A DNA stretch of 64,000 nucleotides from NCBI GenBank assembly GCA_009779255.1, contig WREQ01000002.1, positions 59 to 64,058 of the forward strand. Direction: 5' to 3'. Under the pieces are notes generated by a model that was not told the origin of the DNA, did no database searches, and saw only the letters and a list, made by a program, of their open reading frames with translations. This document shows, piece after piece, positions 1-9,978 of the stretch (position 1 is the first letter of the stretch; each line of letters opens with the position of its first letter). This stretch comes from Dehalococcoidia bacterium. Lineage in GTDB: Bacteria; Chloroflexota; Dehalococcoidia; Dehalococcoidales; UBA1222. Made by a program: the position numbers and the translations under genes.

Positions 1-905
<905 letters not shown>

Positions 906-1014
906 AATTAAAACGCTTAGAGCGTTCAATTCTTGCTCTGCTTTTATATTCTTCCTTCCGCTATCCAGTTGTTAAGGTGCGCGCCCCGCCGATATGTGCG
1001 ACAAAGCAAGGTAA

Positions 1015-1043
1015 ATACTACCACAACTATCAAACCCTGTCAA
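1015..1043 (-). promoter_or_regulatory. candidate sigma-70-type promoter for the rRNA transcript
   Basis: On the minus strand: TTGACA (1043-1038), 17-nt spacer, TAGTAT (1020-1015), about 110 nt upstream of the 16S 5' end. Confidence 0.55.
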
Positions 1044-1233
1044 CAGCACGCAAACGAGACACAAACCACGCCTGCCCCGTGCCTGCGAACACCCCGCGCA
1101 AGACATCCTCAGGTAAAAACCTCTCAAATAATAATTTGGCGGTTGATTGACTGGCAGATGCCAACCACACCGCCATTGACATCCATTCCGTTATCACCTT
1201 AAACTCATGGGTATCCCAAGCGGAGGTTTGCAC

Positions 1234-2610
1234 ATGCCCAATATCGAAGACGCCGCTCAAAAACTGGCTTCCATGCTTGACGCCGCCGGCGCCGACTACG
1301 CCGAAGCCCGCCTTGAGGAAACCGCCGCCAGCTATATTACCTATCGGGGAAAGCAGCTGGAAACCATCGGTAAAAGCTCATCTGTCGGCGGTTGTATCCG
1401 CGCGCTGATGAAAGGTGGCTGGGGTTTCGTCAGCTTCAACTCACTCGACGGATTGGATGGCAAATTAAAACTGGCGGTTGAGGAGGCGCGCCTAGTCGGT
1501 CGGACGGAAAGCCACCTCGCCGAAACAGCGCCGGTAGTTGAAAAAACAGCCCAGCCAATAAAGGAAAATCCGGTGGAAATTCCGCTGGCCTACAAGAAAG
1601 AGCTGCTTGATGAATACAACGCCGCTATCTGGCACACCCCCAAACTACAGACATCCGTAATCGGCTACGGCGACGGACACAAGCGAAGCATTTTCCTCAA
1701 CTCCCAAGGGTCATTCATCCACAAGGAGCGCTGCGACGTAACGCTGCGCATGCTGGCCGCGGCCTCTGACGGAAGCGACATACAGCAGGCCAATATGAGC
1801 ATCGGTTCACCGGGCAATTTCTCAGCGGTGGAAAAACTGAACGACGAAGTACGGCAGATGGCCGACAGGGCGGTGGAGCTGCTGTCCGCCCCCCAGATAG
1901 ACGGAGGCGAATACACCGTGGTGCTCGACCCGGTGCTGGCGGGCGTTTTCGTACATGAAGCCTTCGGGCATCTGTCGGAAGCCGACTTCATATACGAGAA
2001 TGACCGTATGCGCGAGCTGATGGTGCTGGGCAAACGCTTCGGGCCGCCCGAACTAAGCATCGTGGACGGCGGCGCGCTGCCAGGACTGCGCGGCAGCTTC
2101 AAATACGATGACGAGGGAACACCTTCGTCGCTGACATATCTCATAAAGGAGGGCATCCTGACGGGAAGGCTGCACTCGCGCGAAACCGCTACGAAGATGG
2201 GTGAAAAACCCAGCGGGAATGCCCGTGCCATCTCCTACCGCTTCCCTCCCGTCGTGCGCATGACCAACACCTATATAGAACCGCGCGACACGCCCTTTAA
2301 CGCTATGATTTCCGACATCAAAGACGGAGTATACGCCCGCAACTGGTACGGCGGCACCACCAGCATGGAAATGTTCACCTTTTCAGCAGGCGAGGCCTAC
2401 TTGATAAAAAACGGCAAAATCGGACCGCTGATGCGCCCGGTAGTGCTTACCGGCAACGTCTTTCAGACCCTGCAAAATATCGACTCCATCGGCAACGACC
2501 TCGATATGAATCAGGGAGGCGGCTGTGGCAAGGGCGGGCAATCTCCACTGCCCGTTTCCAACGGCAGCCCGCATATCCGCATCCAAAAATGCCTGATTGG
2601 AGGCAAATAG
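1234..2610 (+). CDS. tldD: TldD-family metalloprotease
   Basis: The ORF opens at 1207, but GGAGG at 1222-1226 favours ATG 1234. HEAFGHLSE metal-binding motif. Adjacent to its usual partner pmbA. Confidence 0.9.
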   Translation: MPNIEDAAQKLASMLDAAGADYAEARLEETAASYITYRGKQLETIGKSSSVGGCIRALMKGGWGFVSFNSLDGLDGKLKLAVEEARLVGRTESHLAETAPVVEKTAQPIKENPVEIPLAYKKELLDEYNAAIWHTPKLQTSVIGYGDGHKRSIFLNSQGSFIHKERCDVTLRMLAAASDGSDIQQANMSIGSPGNFSAVEKLNDEVRQMADRAVELLSAPQIDGGEYTVVLDPVLAGVFVHEAFGHLSEADFIYENDRMRELMVLGKRFGPPELSIVDGGALPGLRGSFKYDDEGTPSSLTYLIKEGILTGRLHSRETATKMGEKPSGNARAISYRFPPVVRMTNTYIEPRDTPFNAMISDIKDGVYARNWYGGTTSMEMFTFSAGEAYLIKNGKIGPLMRPVVLTGNVFQTLQNIDSIGNDLDMNQGGGCGKGGQSPLPVSNGSPHIRIQKCLIGGK

Positions 2611-3921
2611 ATGAACAGTCTGATTTCTGAAATACTCACGCGGGCAGCAGAAGCCACCTCTGCCGCCGAGGTTTTCCTGTTCAGCTCAGAGGAAACCCCG
2701 GTGTCCTTCGAGGCCAACCGCCTGAAGAGCGTGCAAAACAAGCAGAGTGTATCTGCGGCGCTGCGCGTCTTTAGGAACGGGCGCATCGGTTTCGCCAGCT
2801 CCAGCAATCCTGCCAACATCAGCGGGCTTGTGGCCGCCGCCGTGGAAACATCCGAATTCGGCGCAAAGGCAGAATTCGACTTCCCACCGCAAGCGGAATT
2901 CCCCGCGGTCGAAGTGTACGATCCGGCAGTCGAAAAAGCGCCGCTTGACCAAATGGTCAGGCTCGGAGAGGAGATGATTGCCGCCGTCACCGCTCACACC
3001 CCGAACATTATCTGCGAAGCCGCAGTTTCCCGTGCCACGCTCAAAGTTGCCCTGGCCAACACCTCGGGGCTGAACGCCGAATACAGCGCCAGCCGCTTCA
3101 GCACCGGCATCGAAGGCACGCTGATTCAAGGTTCCGATATGCTTTTCGTGGGGGACGGCGACAGCTCATGCCGGCTGATTACGGATGCCAGCGGGATTTT
3201 GGCGAACGTCAAACGCCAGCTGGACAGCGCCTCAAGACAGGCAGCAATCAGGACAGGACGCGTGCCGGTCATTTTTTCACCAGACGGAGTCGCCTCCGCC
3301 CTGACCGCGCCACTGATTACGGCCTTCAACGGCAAACTGGTACTCGAAGGCGCCTCCCCCCTCAAGGACAAACTGAATACGTCGGTGTTTGACGCAAAGC
3401 TGAACATTTACGATGATACCACCGTTTCCTTCCGCCCCGGCAGCCGCCCGTTCGACGGCGAGGGCATCCCCAGCCGCCGCCTGCCCATGGTTGAAACCGG
3501 CATGCCGCGCAATTACCTGTACGACCTCAAAACGGCGGCCAGCGCGGGCGCGGCCAGCACCGGTCACGGAGGACGCGGAGGCGGAGCGCCTTCACCCTCA
3601 CCCGGCGCCTTCGTTTTCGACAATGGAGACATCAGCGTTGATGCCATGATTGCCGACATACGGGAAGGGTTGTTCATTGAACAGGTGATGGGCGCCACAC
3701 AAGGCAACATCCTTGGCGGCGATTTCAGCGGCAACGTGCTGTTGGGCTACAAAATCGAAAACGGCAGGATTACCGGACGCGTCAAGAACACCATGGTCTT
3801 CGGCAACATTTACGACCTGCTCAAGAATATCGCAGGCATCGGCAACGACGGCAGGTGGGTCGGCGGAAGCCTGTACACACCATCGCTTTATCTGCCTGAG
3901 ATTTCGGTATCAAGCAAATAG
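2611..3921 (+). CDS. pmbA: PmbA/TldE-family protease subunit
   Basis: 436 aa. Its ATG directly follows the tldD stop. Family-typical Gly-rich C-terminal region (GGDFSGNV..). Confidence 0.88.
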   Translation: MNSLISEILTRAAEATSAAEVFLFSSEETPVSFEANRLKSVQNKQSVSAALRVFRNGRIGFASSSNPANISGLVAAAVETSEFGAKAEFDFPPQAEFPAVEVYDPAVEKAPLDQMVRLGEEMIAAVTAHTPNIICEAAVSRATLKVALANTSGLNAEYSASRFSTGIEGTLIQGSDMLFVGDGDSSCRLITDASGILANVKRQLDSASRQAAIRTGRVPVIFSPDGVASALTAPLITAFNGKLVLEGASPLKDKLNTSVFDAKLNIYDDTTVSFRPGSRPFDGEGIPSRRLPMVETGMPRNYLYDLKTAASAGAASTGHGGRGGGAPSPSPGAFVFDNGDISVDAMIADIREGLFIEQVMGATQGNILGGDFSGNVLLGYKIENGRITGRVKNTMVFGNIYDLLKNIAGIGNDGRWVGGSLYTPSLYLPEISVSSK

Positions 3922-4045
3922 AACATAGTTCAGACAGTCTGCCGCAAACGCACGACGGAGCGCGTCATGCCCTAACTCATGAGCGCAGATGATCCTTCTC
4001 GTGCCGCTTGTTCCTTTCCGCTGTTCCCGCGCAAAGCGGTGTGGA

Positions 4046-4684
4046 TTAGTCTACGATCTTGACGCCGAATACGATCCACCCGGTGTATTTGCTGTTGGGG
4101 TAGACTTTGCTTGCGTTAAACCAAACCGTATTGTCCTCTGAATCACGCATACCGTGGGTGCTCCACAAACGAAAACGGAGATTTTTCGTTCCGTCCTCAG
4201 TAAACTCAAAAAACTTCCATCCGCTTATCAAAAAACCCGCAATGTTACCCGAATAAGGCGGACCATGAGTTGCATCGCTGTTACTAATTTCACCGCGAAT
4301 GTCATACATAAGTGTTTTATAATACCCTGCGGGTGCGGAATCATTCCTGACTACCAAAAAGTCATCATAAGCCGAACTTTCACCAGGCTCAACGCCATCG
4401 GGGAAAAAGGTTTTAATGTCGCCAACCGCCGCGTCTTCCAATGTGATGGCGATCTTCCTGCCGTCAAGGGTTTCCGTTGCGCCGCCGGAAACGGTGACGG
4501 GAAGATCAACCGTTCCGCCTAACACCAACTCTATCCCGGCGGGGATTTCCACGGTGAATTTCGGTTCGGACACTTCGTAGGTAAAGCCAACCTCGATCTT
4601 TTCGCCGGGGCCTGCGGCAAAGGCAGGGACGGACAGGCTTAACATGAAAGCCAGAGCGAGGATAACGCTTGCAAACTTTTTCAT
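4046..4684 (-). CDS. secreted protein of unknown function, paralogue A (212 aa)
   Basis: Signal peptide MKKFASVILALAFMLSLSVPAFA/AG. RBS AAAGGAG upstream. Tandem paralogue of 4741-5346. Confidence 0.85.
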   Translation of the reverse strand: MKKFASVILALAFMLSLSVPAFAAGPGEKIEVGFTYEVSEPKFTVEIPAGIELVLGGTVDLPVTVSGGATETLDGRKIAITLEDAAVGDIKTFFPDGVEPGESSAYDDFLVVRNDSAPAGYYKTLMYDIRGEISNSDATHGPPYSGNIAGFLISGWKFFEFTEDGTKNLRFRLWSTHGMRDSEDNTVWFNASKVYPNSKYTGWIVFGVKIVD

Positions 4685-4740
4685 GGGTTACGCTCCTTTT
4701 CATTTTTTATTGGTTTTTGTTCCCGCGTATAGCGGCTGGG

Positions 4741-5346
4741 TTAGTCCACTATCTTTACGCCGAATACAATCCAGCCGCTGTATTGGCTGTTGGGGTAGAT
4801 TTTGCTTGCGTAAAACGGAACTAAATTATCCTCTGAATCCAATGCACCATAAGTCAATACAAACCAAAGACTTTTTGTTCCATCTTCTGTAAACTCAAAA
4901 AACGTAAATCCACGCTCAAGACGGCCTATGGAAGAAGGGATCATGGAAATCTCATGTATAATATGATACCGGAGAGTTTTATAAAATCCATTAGGCGCGT
5001 CAGCATTCGAGACCACGAAGAAATCGTCGTAAGCAGCGCTTGCCCCAGGTTCAACGCCGTCGGGGAAATAGGATTTAATGTTGCCAACCGCCGCATCTTC
5101 CAATGTGATGGCGATCTTCCTGCCGTTAAGCGTTTCGGTTGCGCCGCCGGAAACGGTTATGGGAAATGCAACCCATTCTTTCACATCCAATTCTATCCTG
5201 GCAGGGATTTCCACGGTGTATTTCGGCTCGGACACTTCGTAGGTAAAGCCAACCTCGATCTTTTCGCCGGGGCCTGCGGCAAAGACGGGGACGGACAGGC
5301 TCAACATAAAAGCCAGAGCGAGGATAACGCTTGCAAACTTTTTCAT
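4741..5346 (-). CDS. secreted protein of unknown function, paralogue B (201 aa)
   Basis: Signal peptide and first ~50 codons nearly identical to paralogue A, also at the DNA level. Same 5' UTR. Shared C-terminus ..GWIVFGVKIVD. Confidence 0.85.
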   Translation of the reverse strand: MKKFASVILALAFMLSLSVPVFAAGPGEKIEVGFTYEVSEPKYTVEIPARIELDVKEWVAFPITVSGGATETLNGRKIAITLEDAAVGNIKSYFPDGVEPGASAAYDDFFVVSNADAPNGFYKTLRYHIIHEISMIPSSIGRLERGFTFFEFTEDGTKSLWFVLTYGALDSEDNLVPFYASKIYPNSQYSGWIVFGVKIVD

Positions 5347-5415
5347 GGGTTACGCTCCTTTCGTTTTTTATTGGTTTTTGTTCCCGCGTAAAGCGAGTCT
5401 GCGCATCGCGCTTGG

Positions 5416-5928
5416 TCAAACTACGATCAGTTCAAACTCCACGTTCGCCCCGTTCATCTGGGACAGGCTTTCATCCAGAGAATAGGTGCTGATTTTCAGT
5501 ATCGCCGTGTGCGTGCCTTTCGGAAGCGGCTTGGTCAGCTTCAAGTCCTCAATGCACATGGACGGCTCCACAAAGTCCGACTTGTAATAACGCTCGCCGT
5601 TTATGACAAGTTCAAAGACGAAATAACAGGGGTTGCCCTCCGGGTTGAGTAAAATCATCTTAACGTCTGTCGTACCCGACGGGAGCCTCACCGTGTCGTA
5701 ACCGGGTATTTTAATGCCCGACGTACCGCCCTTGTTCTCCGGCTCTCTGCCCGTGTACTCCTTCGCGCTCTCGTCCAGCTTGAAGACGATACCACCGACG
5801 GACGGGTTATTGTCGGATATGTCGGCGGGATTGTGGAAAAAGATGAAGTACGCTCCCACTCCGATTGCCGCGATGAGTACAGCCGCAATGATTATGACAT
5901 GCCTTGCTTTGAGCGTGATTGATTCCAT
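5416..5928 (-). CDS. N-terminally membrane-anchored protein of unknown function (170 aa)
   Basis: One hydrophobic helix (HVIIIAAVLIAAIGVGAYFIFF) followed by a beta-rich ~130-aa domain. RBS GGGGAAAGG upstream. First gene of the three-gene minus-strand unit. Confidence 0.8.
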   Translation of the reverse strand: MESITLKARHVIIIAAVLIAAIGVGAYFIFFHNPADISDNNPSVGGIVFKLDESAKEYTGREPENKGGTSGIKIPGYDTVRLPSGTTDVKMILLNPEGNPCYFVFELVINGERYYKSDFVEPSMCIEDLKLTKPLPKGTHTAILKISTYSLDESLSQMNGANVEFELIVV

Positions 5929-6039
5929 GGCCTTTCCCCTCGCGGTTTATTCGCCGTTTCGGTTTGCGTTCGGGTTTTGCGCCCGTGGAGTGATTGCTTC
6001 GTTTATACTATCACCTCGCTTTCAACGCCGAAAATGCAA

Positions 6040-6076
6040 CCAGGCGGTTCCCCTCTCGGAAAGGGGAACCGCCTGG
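6040..6076. terminator. strong orphan hairpin (15-bp perfect stem, 7-nt loop) with U-tracts on both strands
   Basis: CCAGGCGGTTCCCCT (6040-6054) pairs with AGGGGAACCGCCTGG (6062-6076). On the plus strand it is followed by TTATTGTTTCCGTATTCTTTTTT, on the minus strand by TTGCATTTTCGG. It lies in a divergent intergenic region. Confidence 0.6.
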
Positions 6077-6127
6077 TTATTGTTTCCGTATTCTTTTTTA
6101 TGGCATGACAAAAGCGCGGGATTATCC

Positions 6128-6158
<31 letters not shown>

Positions 6159-6421
6159 AAAAATTGTTCACAGCAGAGCATATTTGTCAAGTCCCTTCGC
6201 GCGAATACCCAAAAATACTCCCGCATTTTTTGGTATGACAAAGTGAACGCATAACACGACGATTAGGTATAGCACATCCTTTGAGAAAATACAAGAGGTT
6301 TTTGAGGAAAATTTCACATTTAACATTTTTATGGCGAATAATGCCCGTCATAAAAAACTTTATGGGGGAAACAGGCGGGCGATAGCAAGTCAATTGAACT
6401 TGTTGTATAATCAGTTTTGAG

Positions 6422-7222
6422 GTGGACCTCATCAATACCGCTGTCAAAATACGCGCCCGACCCAAACTGTACGAGCCGAACCTGCTGGCGGCTTGGCCTG
6501 GCATTTCCAATGTGGCCATGATAGTAGCCGGATATATCGCCCGCAAGCTGGAGTTCAAGAATCTGGCGGAAGTACGTGCGCCGCTGTTTTTCGACCCAGT
6601 CGGCGTCATGGTGCGCAACAATCTTGTCGAAGAACCACGCTTCCCCCAGAGCAACTTTTACTACTATAAAAATCCCGGCGAAGGCCGTGACCTGATTCTG
6701 TTCATGGGTGAGGCTCAGCCCCCCGCCAACAGCTACGATTTGGCAGGCGTCATCATTGATGCCGCGCAGCGCTTCAGGGTACAGCGCATCTATACCTGCG
6801 CCGCCGCCATTACCCGCATACACCATACCGAGGAGCCGCGGGTGTGGGGAGTAGGCACAACACCAGACGTGGTACAGGAACTCTCGGCGCACAGCCTGGT
6901 GCAAGGCGGCAGCCTGCAAATCGCCGGTATGAACGGCATACTGCTGGGAGTGGCCAAGGAACGAAACTTGGAAGGCGCCTGTCTGCTGGGAGAGGTGCCA
7001 GGTTATACCACCCAGCTGTCCAACCCGATGGCGGCGCTGGCGGTAGCACAGTCACTGGCCAGCCTGCTCAAAATCAAAATCGATTTCGATGAGCTGAAGG
7101 CCGGAGCCGCCGAGGCGCGCCGGCGCATGAAGCAAATAGCCGCCGAAGCCATGGAGGAATACATCGACTATTTTACCGAGCCGGTGTGGGAGCGTGGTGA
7201 AGATGAATCCGCAGAAGAGTGA
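6422..7222 (+). CDS. PAC2 (proteasome-assembly-chaperone-2-like) family protein
   Basis: 266 aa. The overall pattern (..PNLLAAWPGISNVAMIVAGY.., ..AGMNGILLG..) recalls PAC2/DUF75-type proteins. The family call is from memory. GTG start. Confidence 0.55.
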   Translation: MDLINTAVKIRARPKLYEPNLLAAWPGISNVAMIVAGYIARKLEFKNLAEVRAPLFFDPVGVMVRNNLVEEPRFPQSNFYYYKNPGEGRDLILFMGEAQPPANSYDLAGVIIDAAQRFRVQRIYTCAAAITRIHHTEEPRVWGVGTTPDVVQELSAHSLVQGGSLQIAGMNGILLGVAKERNLEGACLLGEVPGYTTQLSNPMAALAVAQSLASLLKIKIDFDELKAGAAEARRRMKQIAAEAMEEYIDYFTEPVWERGEDESAEE

Positions 7223-8186
7223 CCCCACCCCCCAACAAAAAACGGCGCTGGCCGAGATTTTGCCGCACATCGCCGACAGCGCAACGCCGCTCTCCAATGC
7301 CAAGATTAGCGAACTTTCCGATCTGACCGCCGGTGAACTGAAACAATTTGAAGCCGTCTGGAGCGGCATGGACACCGAACGAAAACAACAACTTCTGTCA
7401 CGCCTGTCCGAGTTGAGCGATGATAATGTGGAACTCAACTTTGACCGCATCTACCGCAACGCCATCTACGACATCGACGACACCGTGCGAAAAGAAGCCA
7501 TCGAAGGACTATGGGAAAGCTCCGACACTTCGCTGATCAGGCCGCTGCTGCGACTGGCGCAAGATGACCCAGCCACGGACGTGCGAGCCGCCGCCACCGC
7601 CGCGCTGGGACGTTTTTCACTGCTGGCAGAGCATCATAAAATCTCCGCTGAGAACCGCACGCGTATTTCCGAGGTGCTGCTGGCGGTAATCCAAAAGCGT
7701 GAGGAATCACTGGAAGTACGCCGCCGCGCACTGGAAGCCGTCTCGCCCATCAGTCTGCCAGACGTCACACGAGCCATCTGGGAGGCCTACCGCCACGAGG
7801 AGCCGGAAATCAAAATCAGCGCGGTGTACGCCATGGGCCGCAACTGCGACCTGTTATGGATGCCGACCGTGCTCAAGGAAATGGACAGCGACGACCAGGA
7901 GATGCGCTACGAAGCCGCAACCGCTGCCGGCGAACTGGGTGAAGCGGAGGCCATACCGCAGTTGGTGGAACTCACCCGTGACACCGACACAGAAGTCAAA
8001 ATGGCTGCTATCCTGGCACTGGGTAAAATCGGCGGGCAGGAGGCCAGGCAACGCCTGCGCGTGCTGCTTTCCAGCAAAAGCCGTGCCGTGCGCGAGGCCG
8101 CCGGGCAGGCCATGGCCGAACTGGAGTCAGGCGAAGTGCCGCTCAATCCCCACGAGGCCGGTGTCGATGAGCAGGATACCGATTAG
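7194..8186 (+). CDS. HEAT-repeat protein
   Basis: 330 aa with recurring HEAT/PBS-lyase-like units (..VRKEAIEGL.., ..VRAAATAALGR.., ..EVKMAAILALGKIGG.., ..RAVREAAGQAM..). Confidence 0.75.
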   Translation: MVKMNPQKSDPTPQQKTALAEILPHIADSATPLSNAKISELSDLTAGELKQFEAVWSGMDTERKQQLLSRLSELSDDNVELNFDRIYRNAIYDIDDTVRKEAIEGLWESSDTSLIRPLLRLAQDDPATDVRAAATAALGRFSLLAEHHKISAENRTRISEVLLAVIQKREESLEVRRRALEAVSPISLPDVTRAIWEAYRHEEPEIKISAVYAMGRNCDLLWMPTVLKEMDSDDQEMRYEAATAAGELGEAEAIPQLVELTRDTDTEVKMAAILALGKIGGQEARQRLRVLLSSKSRAVREAAGQAMAELESGEVPLNPHEAGVDEQDTD

Positions 8187-8763
8187 CATCAACCTGCACC
8201 CCTTGCCACAAGAAAACGCGCCCTGTGATTGCGTATACGCCAAGCCTCATCTCAAGTTTTCATCCCCGCACTGCATACCGGAACACGCCGGAACAGGACT
8301 CGCCACCGCATCGCGCGAGGATTTCTCAATAAGGACACTCCGGGACGGGCGGCATATCGGCATCTGTTCTCTCTATGAAATTGACCGTGCCGCCGCGGAA
8401 GCTTCAGTCGGCATCGCCATCGACGACAGCAACTATCATGGGCGAGGCTGCGGCACAAATGCCTTCATGATTCTCATCGGCTACGCTTTCAATCATCTTG
8501 GAATGCAGAGATTAAACCTCAAGACACTGGAGAGCAACCTGCGTGCGCGAAAATGTTTTGCAAAATGCGGATTCAACCCATGCGGCGGCCTGCGGGAAAA
8601 CGGAAATTCCTATCTGTTGATGCAGCAAGACCGCGCAGATTATGTCAAACGACTGGCGGAGACAAAAATAACTGCCGTTAACCATGGAATAAAATCTCCG
8701 GATTGTTGGGCAAGCCTGCGCCTGCGTACCAATGAAATTGACATACGTGGCATCCGGTCTTAG
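8167..8763 (+). CDS. GNAT-family N-acetyltransferase
   Basis: C-terminal part of track ORF 7699-8763. ATG 8167 is in frame and overlaps the HEAT gene stop. Acetyl-CoA-binding-type motif ..YHGRGCGTNAF.. and ..NLRARKCFAKCGF... Confidence 0.7.
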   Translation: MSRIPISINLHPLPQENAPCDCVYAKPHLKFSSPHCIPEHAGTGLATASREDFSIRTLRDGRHIGICSLYEIDRAAAEASVGIAIDDSNYHGRGCGTNAFMILIGYAFNHLGMQRLNLKTLESNLRARKCFAKCGFNPCGGLRENGNSYLLMQQDRADYVKRLAETKITAVNHGIKSPDCWASLRLRTNEIDIRGIRS

Positions 8764-8775
8764 ACTGCGTGTGTT

Positions 8776-9180
8776 ATGTCGCTGACCGTGGAGGAACTGA
8801 GAAATAAAACCGGCCAGACGTTGTTTGAGTTTGACTGGCCTGTTGAGCGCGACGCCGTGCGCAGGTTTGCGAATGCCGTCGGCGGCGACACTCCGGCACT
8901 GCACGAGGAAGTCCCACCGGCTTTCCTGTTGACGGCTGGTTTCGACCGGGTTATGACTGACCTTCTCAACCCACTCCGGGCGGTGCTGCACGGTAGCACC
9001 GAAATAGAGTGGTTCAATCCTGTGAAAATCGGAGATGTGCTCAAGGTTACGATCAAACTGGTGTCTGTGCGCAAGCATTCGCCGCTTGCATTCATCACGC
9101 TGGAGACCGAACAGCACCATCAGGATAACGTGCCGGTAGCACGATGCCGACAGATAATTGCGCTGAGGAGCGCTGGATGA
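8776..9180 (+). CDS. hot-dog fold protein, N-terminal-half MaoC/FAS1-type dehydratase subunit
   Basis: 134 aa. ATGA overlap with the next gene. Resembles the paired small subunit of heterodimeric (R)-hydratases. Confidence 0.65.
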   Translation: MSLTVEELRNKTGQTLFEFDWPVERDAVRRFANAVGGDTPALHEEVPPAFLLTAGFDRVMTDLLNPLRAVLHGSTEIEWFNPVKIGDVLKVTIKLVSVRKHSPLAFITLETEQHHQDNVPVARCRQIIALRSAG

Positions 9181-9578
9181 GCGTCAACACCGGAACTTTA
9201 GAGCCAGACATGGAAATACCTTCCCTCGTCAGACATCCGGATACGCGGCAACTGGCGATGTGGGCAGAGGCTTCCGGAGATAATAACCCAATTCATCTTG
9301 ATGGAGAGGCAGCCCGTGCGCACGGGCTGCCAAGGATAGTCATGCATGGACAACTTGGAACAGCATTTTTATGCCGGATGCTGTCGGACTGGTATGGGAG
9401 AGAAGGCCGCCTCAGAAAGATCGCTGTTGCCTACAAGGGCTTCAACTATCCCGACGACACACTCACCTGCCGCGGCAGAGTGAAGGCGATTGATGGAAAT
9501 TTTATCACTCTGGAGATCTGGATAGAGAATCAGCAAGGCGCTAAGACTACCGAAGGAACAGCGGTGGTGGAGATTTAA
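9177..9578 (+). CDS. MaoC-like (R)-specific enoyl-CoA hydratase/dehydratase subunit
   Basis: ATG 9177 preceded by GAGGAG (9165-9170). Motif ..SGDNNPIHLD...HGLPRIVMHG... Confidence 0.75.
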   Translation: MSVNTGTLEPDMEIPSLVRHPDTRQLAMWAEASGDNNPIHLDGEAARAHGLPRIVMHGQLGTAFLCRMLSDWYGREGRLRKIAVAYKGFNYPDDTLTCRGRVKAIDGNFITLEIWIENQQGAKTTEGTAVVEI

Positions 9579-9978
9579 CACCGCACACCGGAAAAGCGCA
9601 AACGCACAAGTTAAACATTCGCTCATTATCGCCACTGAGCCCGTTCCAGACGCAGTCTGTGTAGCAGGTCAGATTGCCAGACAACAGTATTTTGCATTCG
9701 AAATAACCGATAGCTCCGGGGGCGACTACATAGAAAACACGCAGGCAGTCGATGGTGAAGACATGGCTTTCTCTTTCTGTGCTTGACCCGCAATCTCAAA
9801 CAATGACACCATCGCCACCATCCCCACTGAATTCCGACTTCCGCCCAGGAGGCCGGAATGACATGGGGGGAAAGGAGGAAAGAAGCCAAAAACTGACTGC
9901 TGATAGCTGAAGGTGGTGTGCATTTCGCCGCCCGCTGGGTTATACTTAGACGGCATTCCCCTCAAAGAAAGGATAAAG

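Noticed and set aside
7699-8166. N-terminal 156 codons of the 354-aa track ORF 7699-8763
   Set aside because: This part is out of frame within the HEAT-repeat gene and translates to Arg/Pro/Ala/Trp-rich nonsense. Only the portion from ATG 8167 (GNAT domain) is credible.
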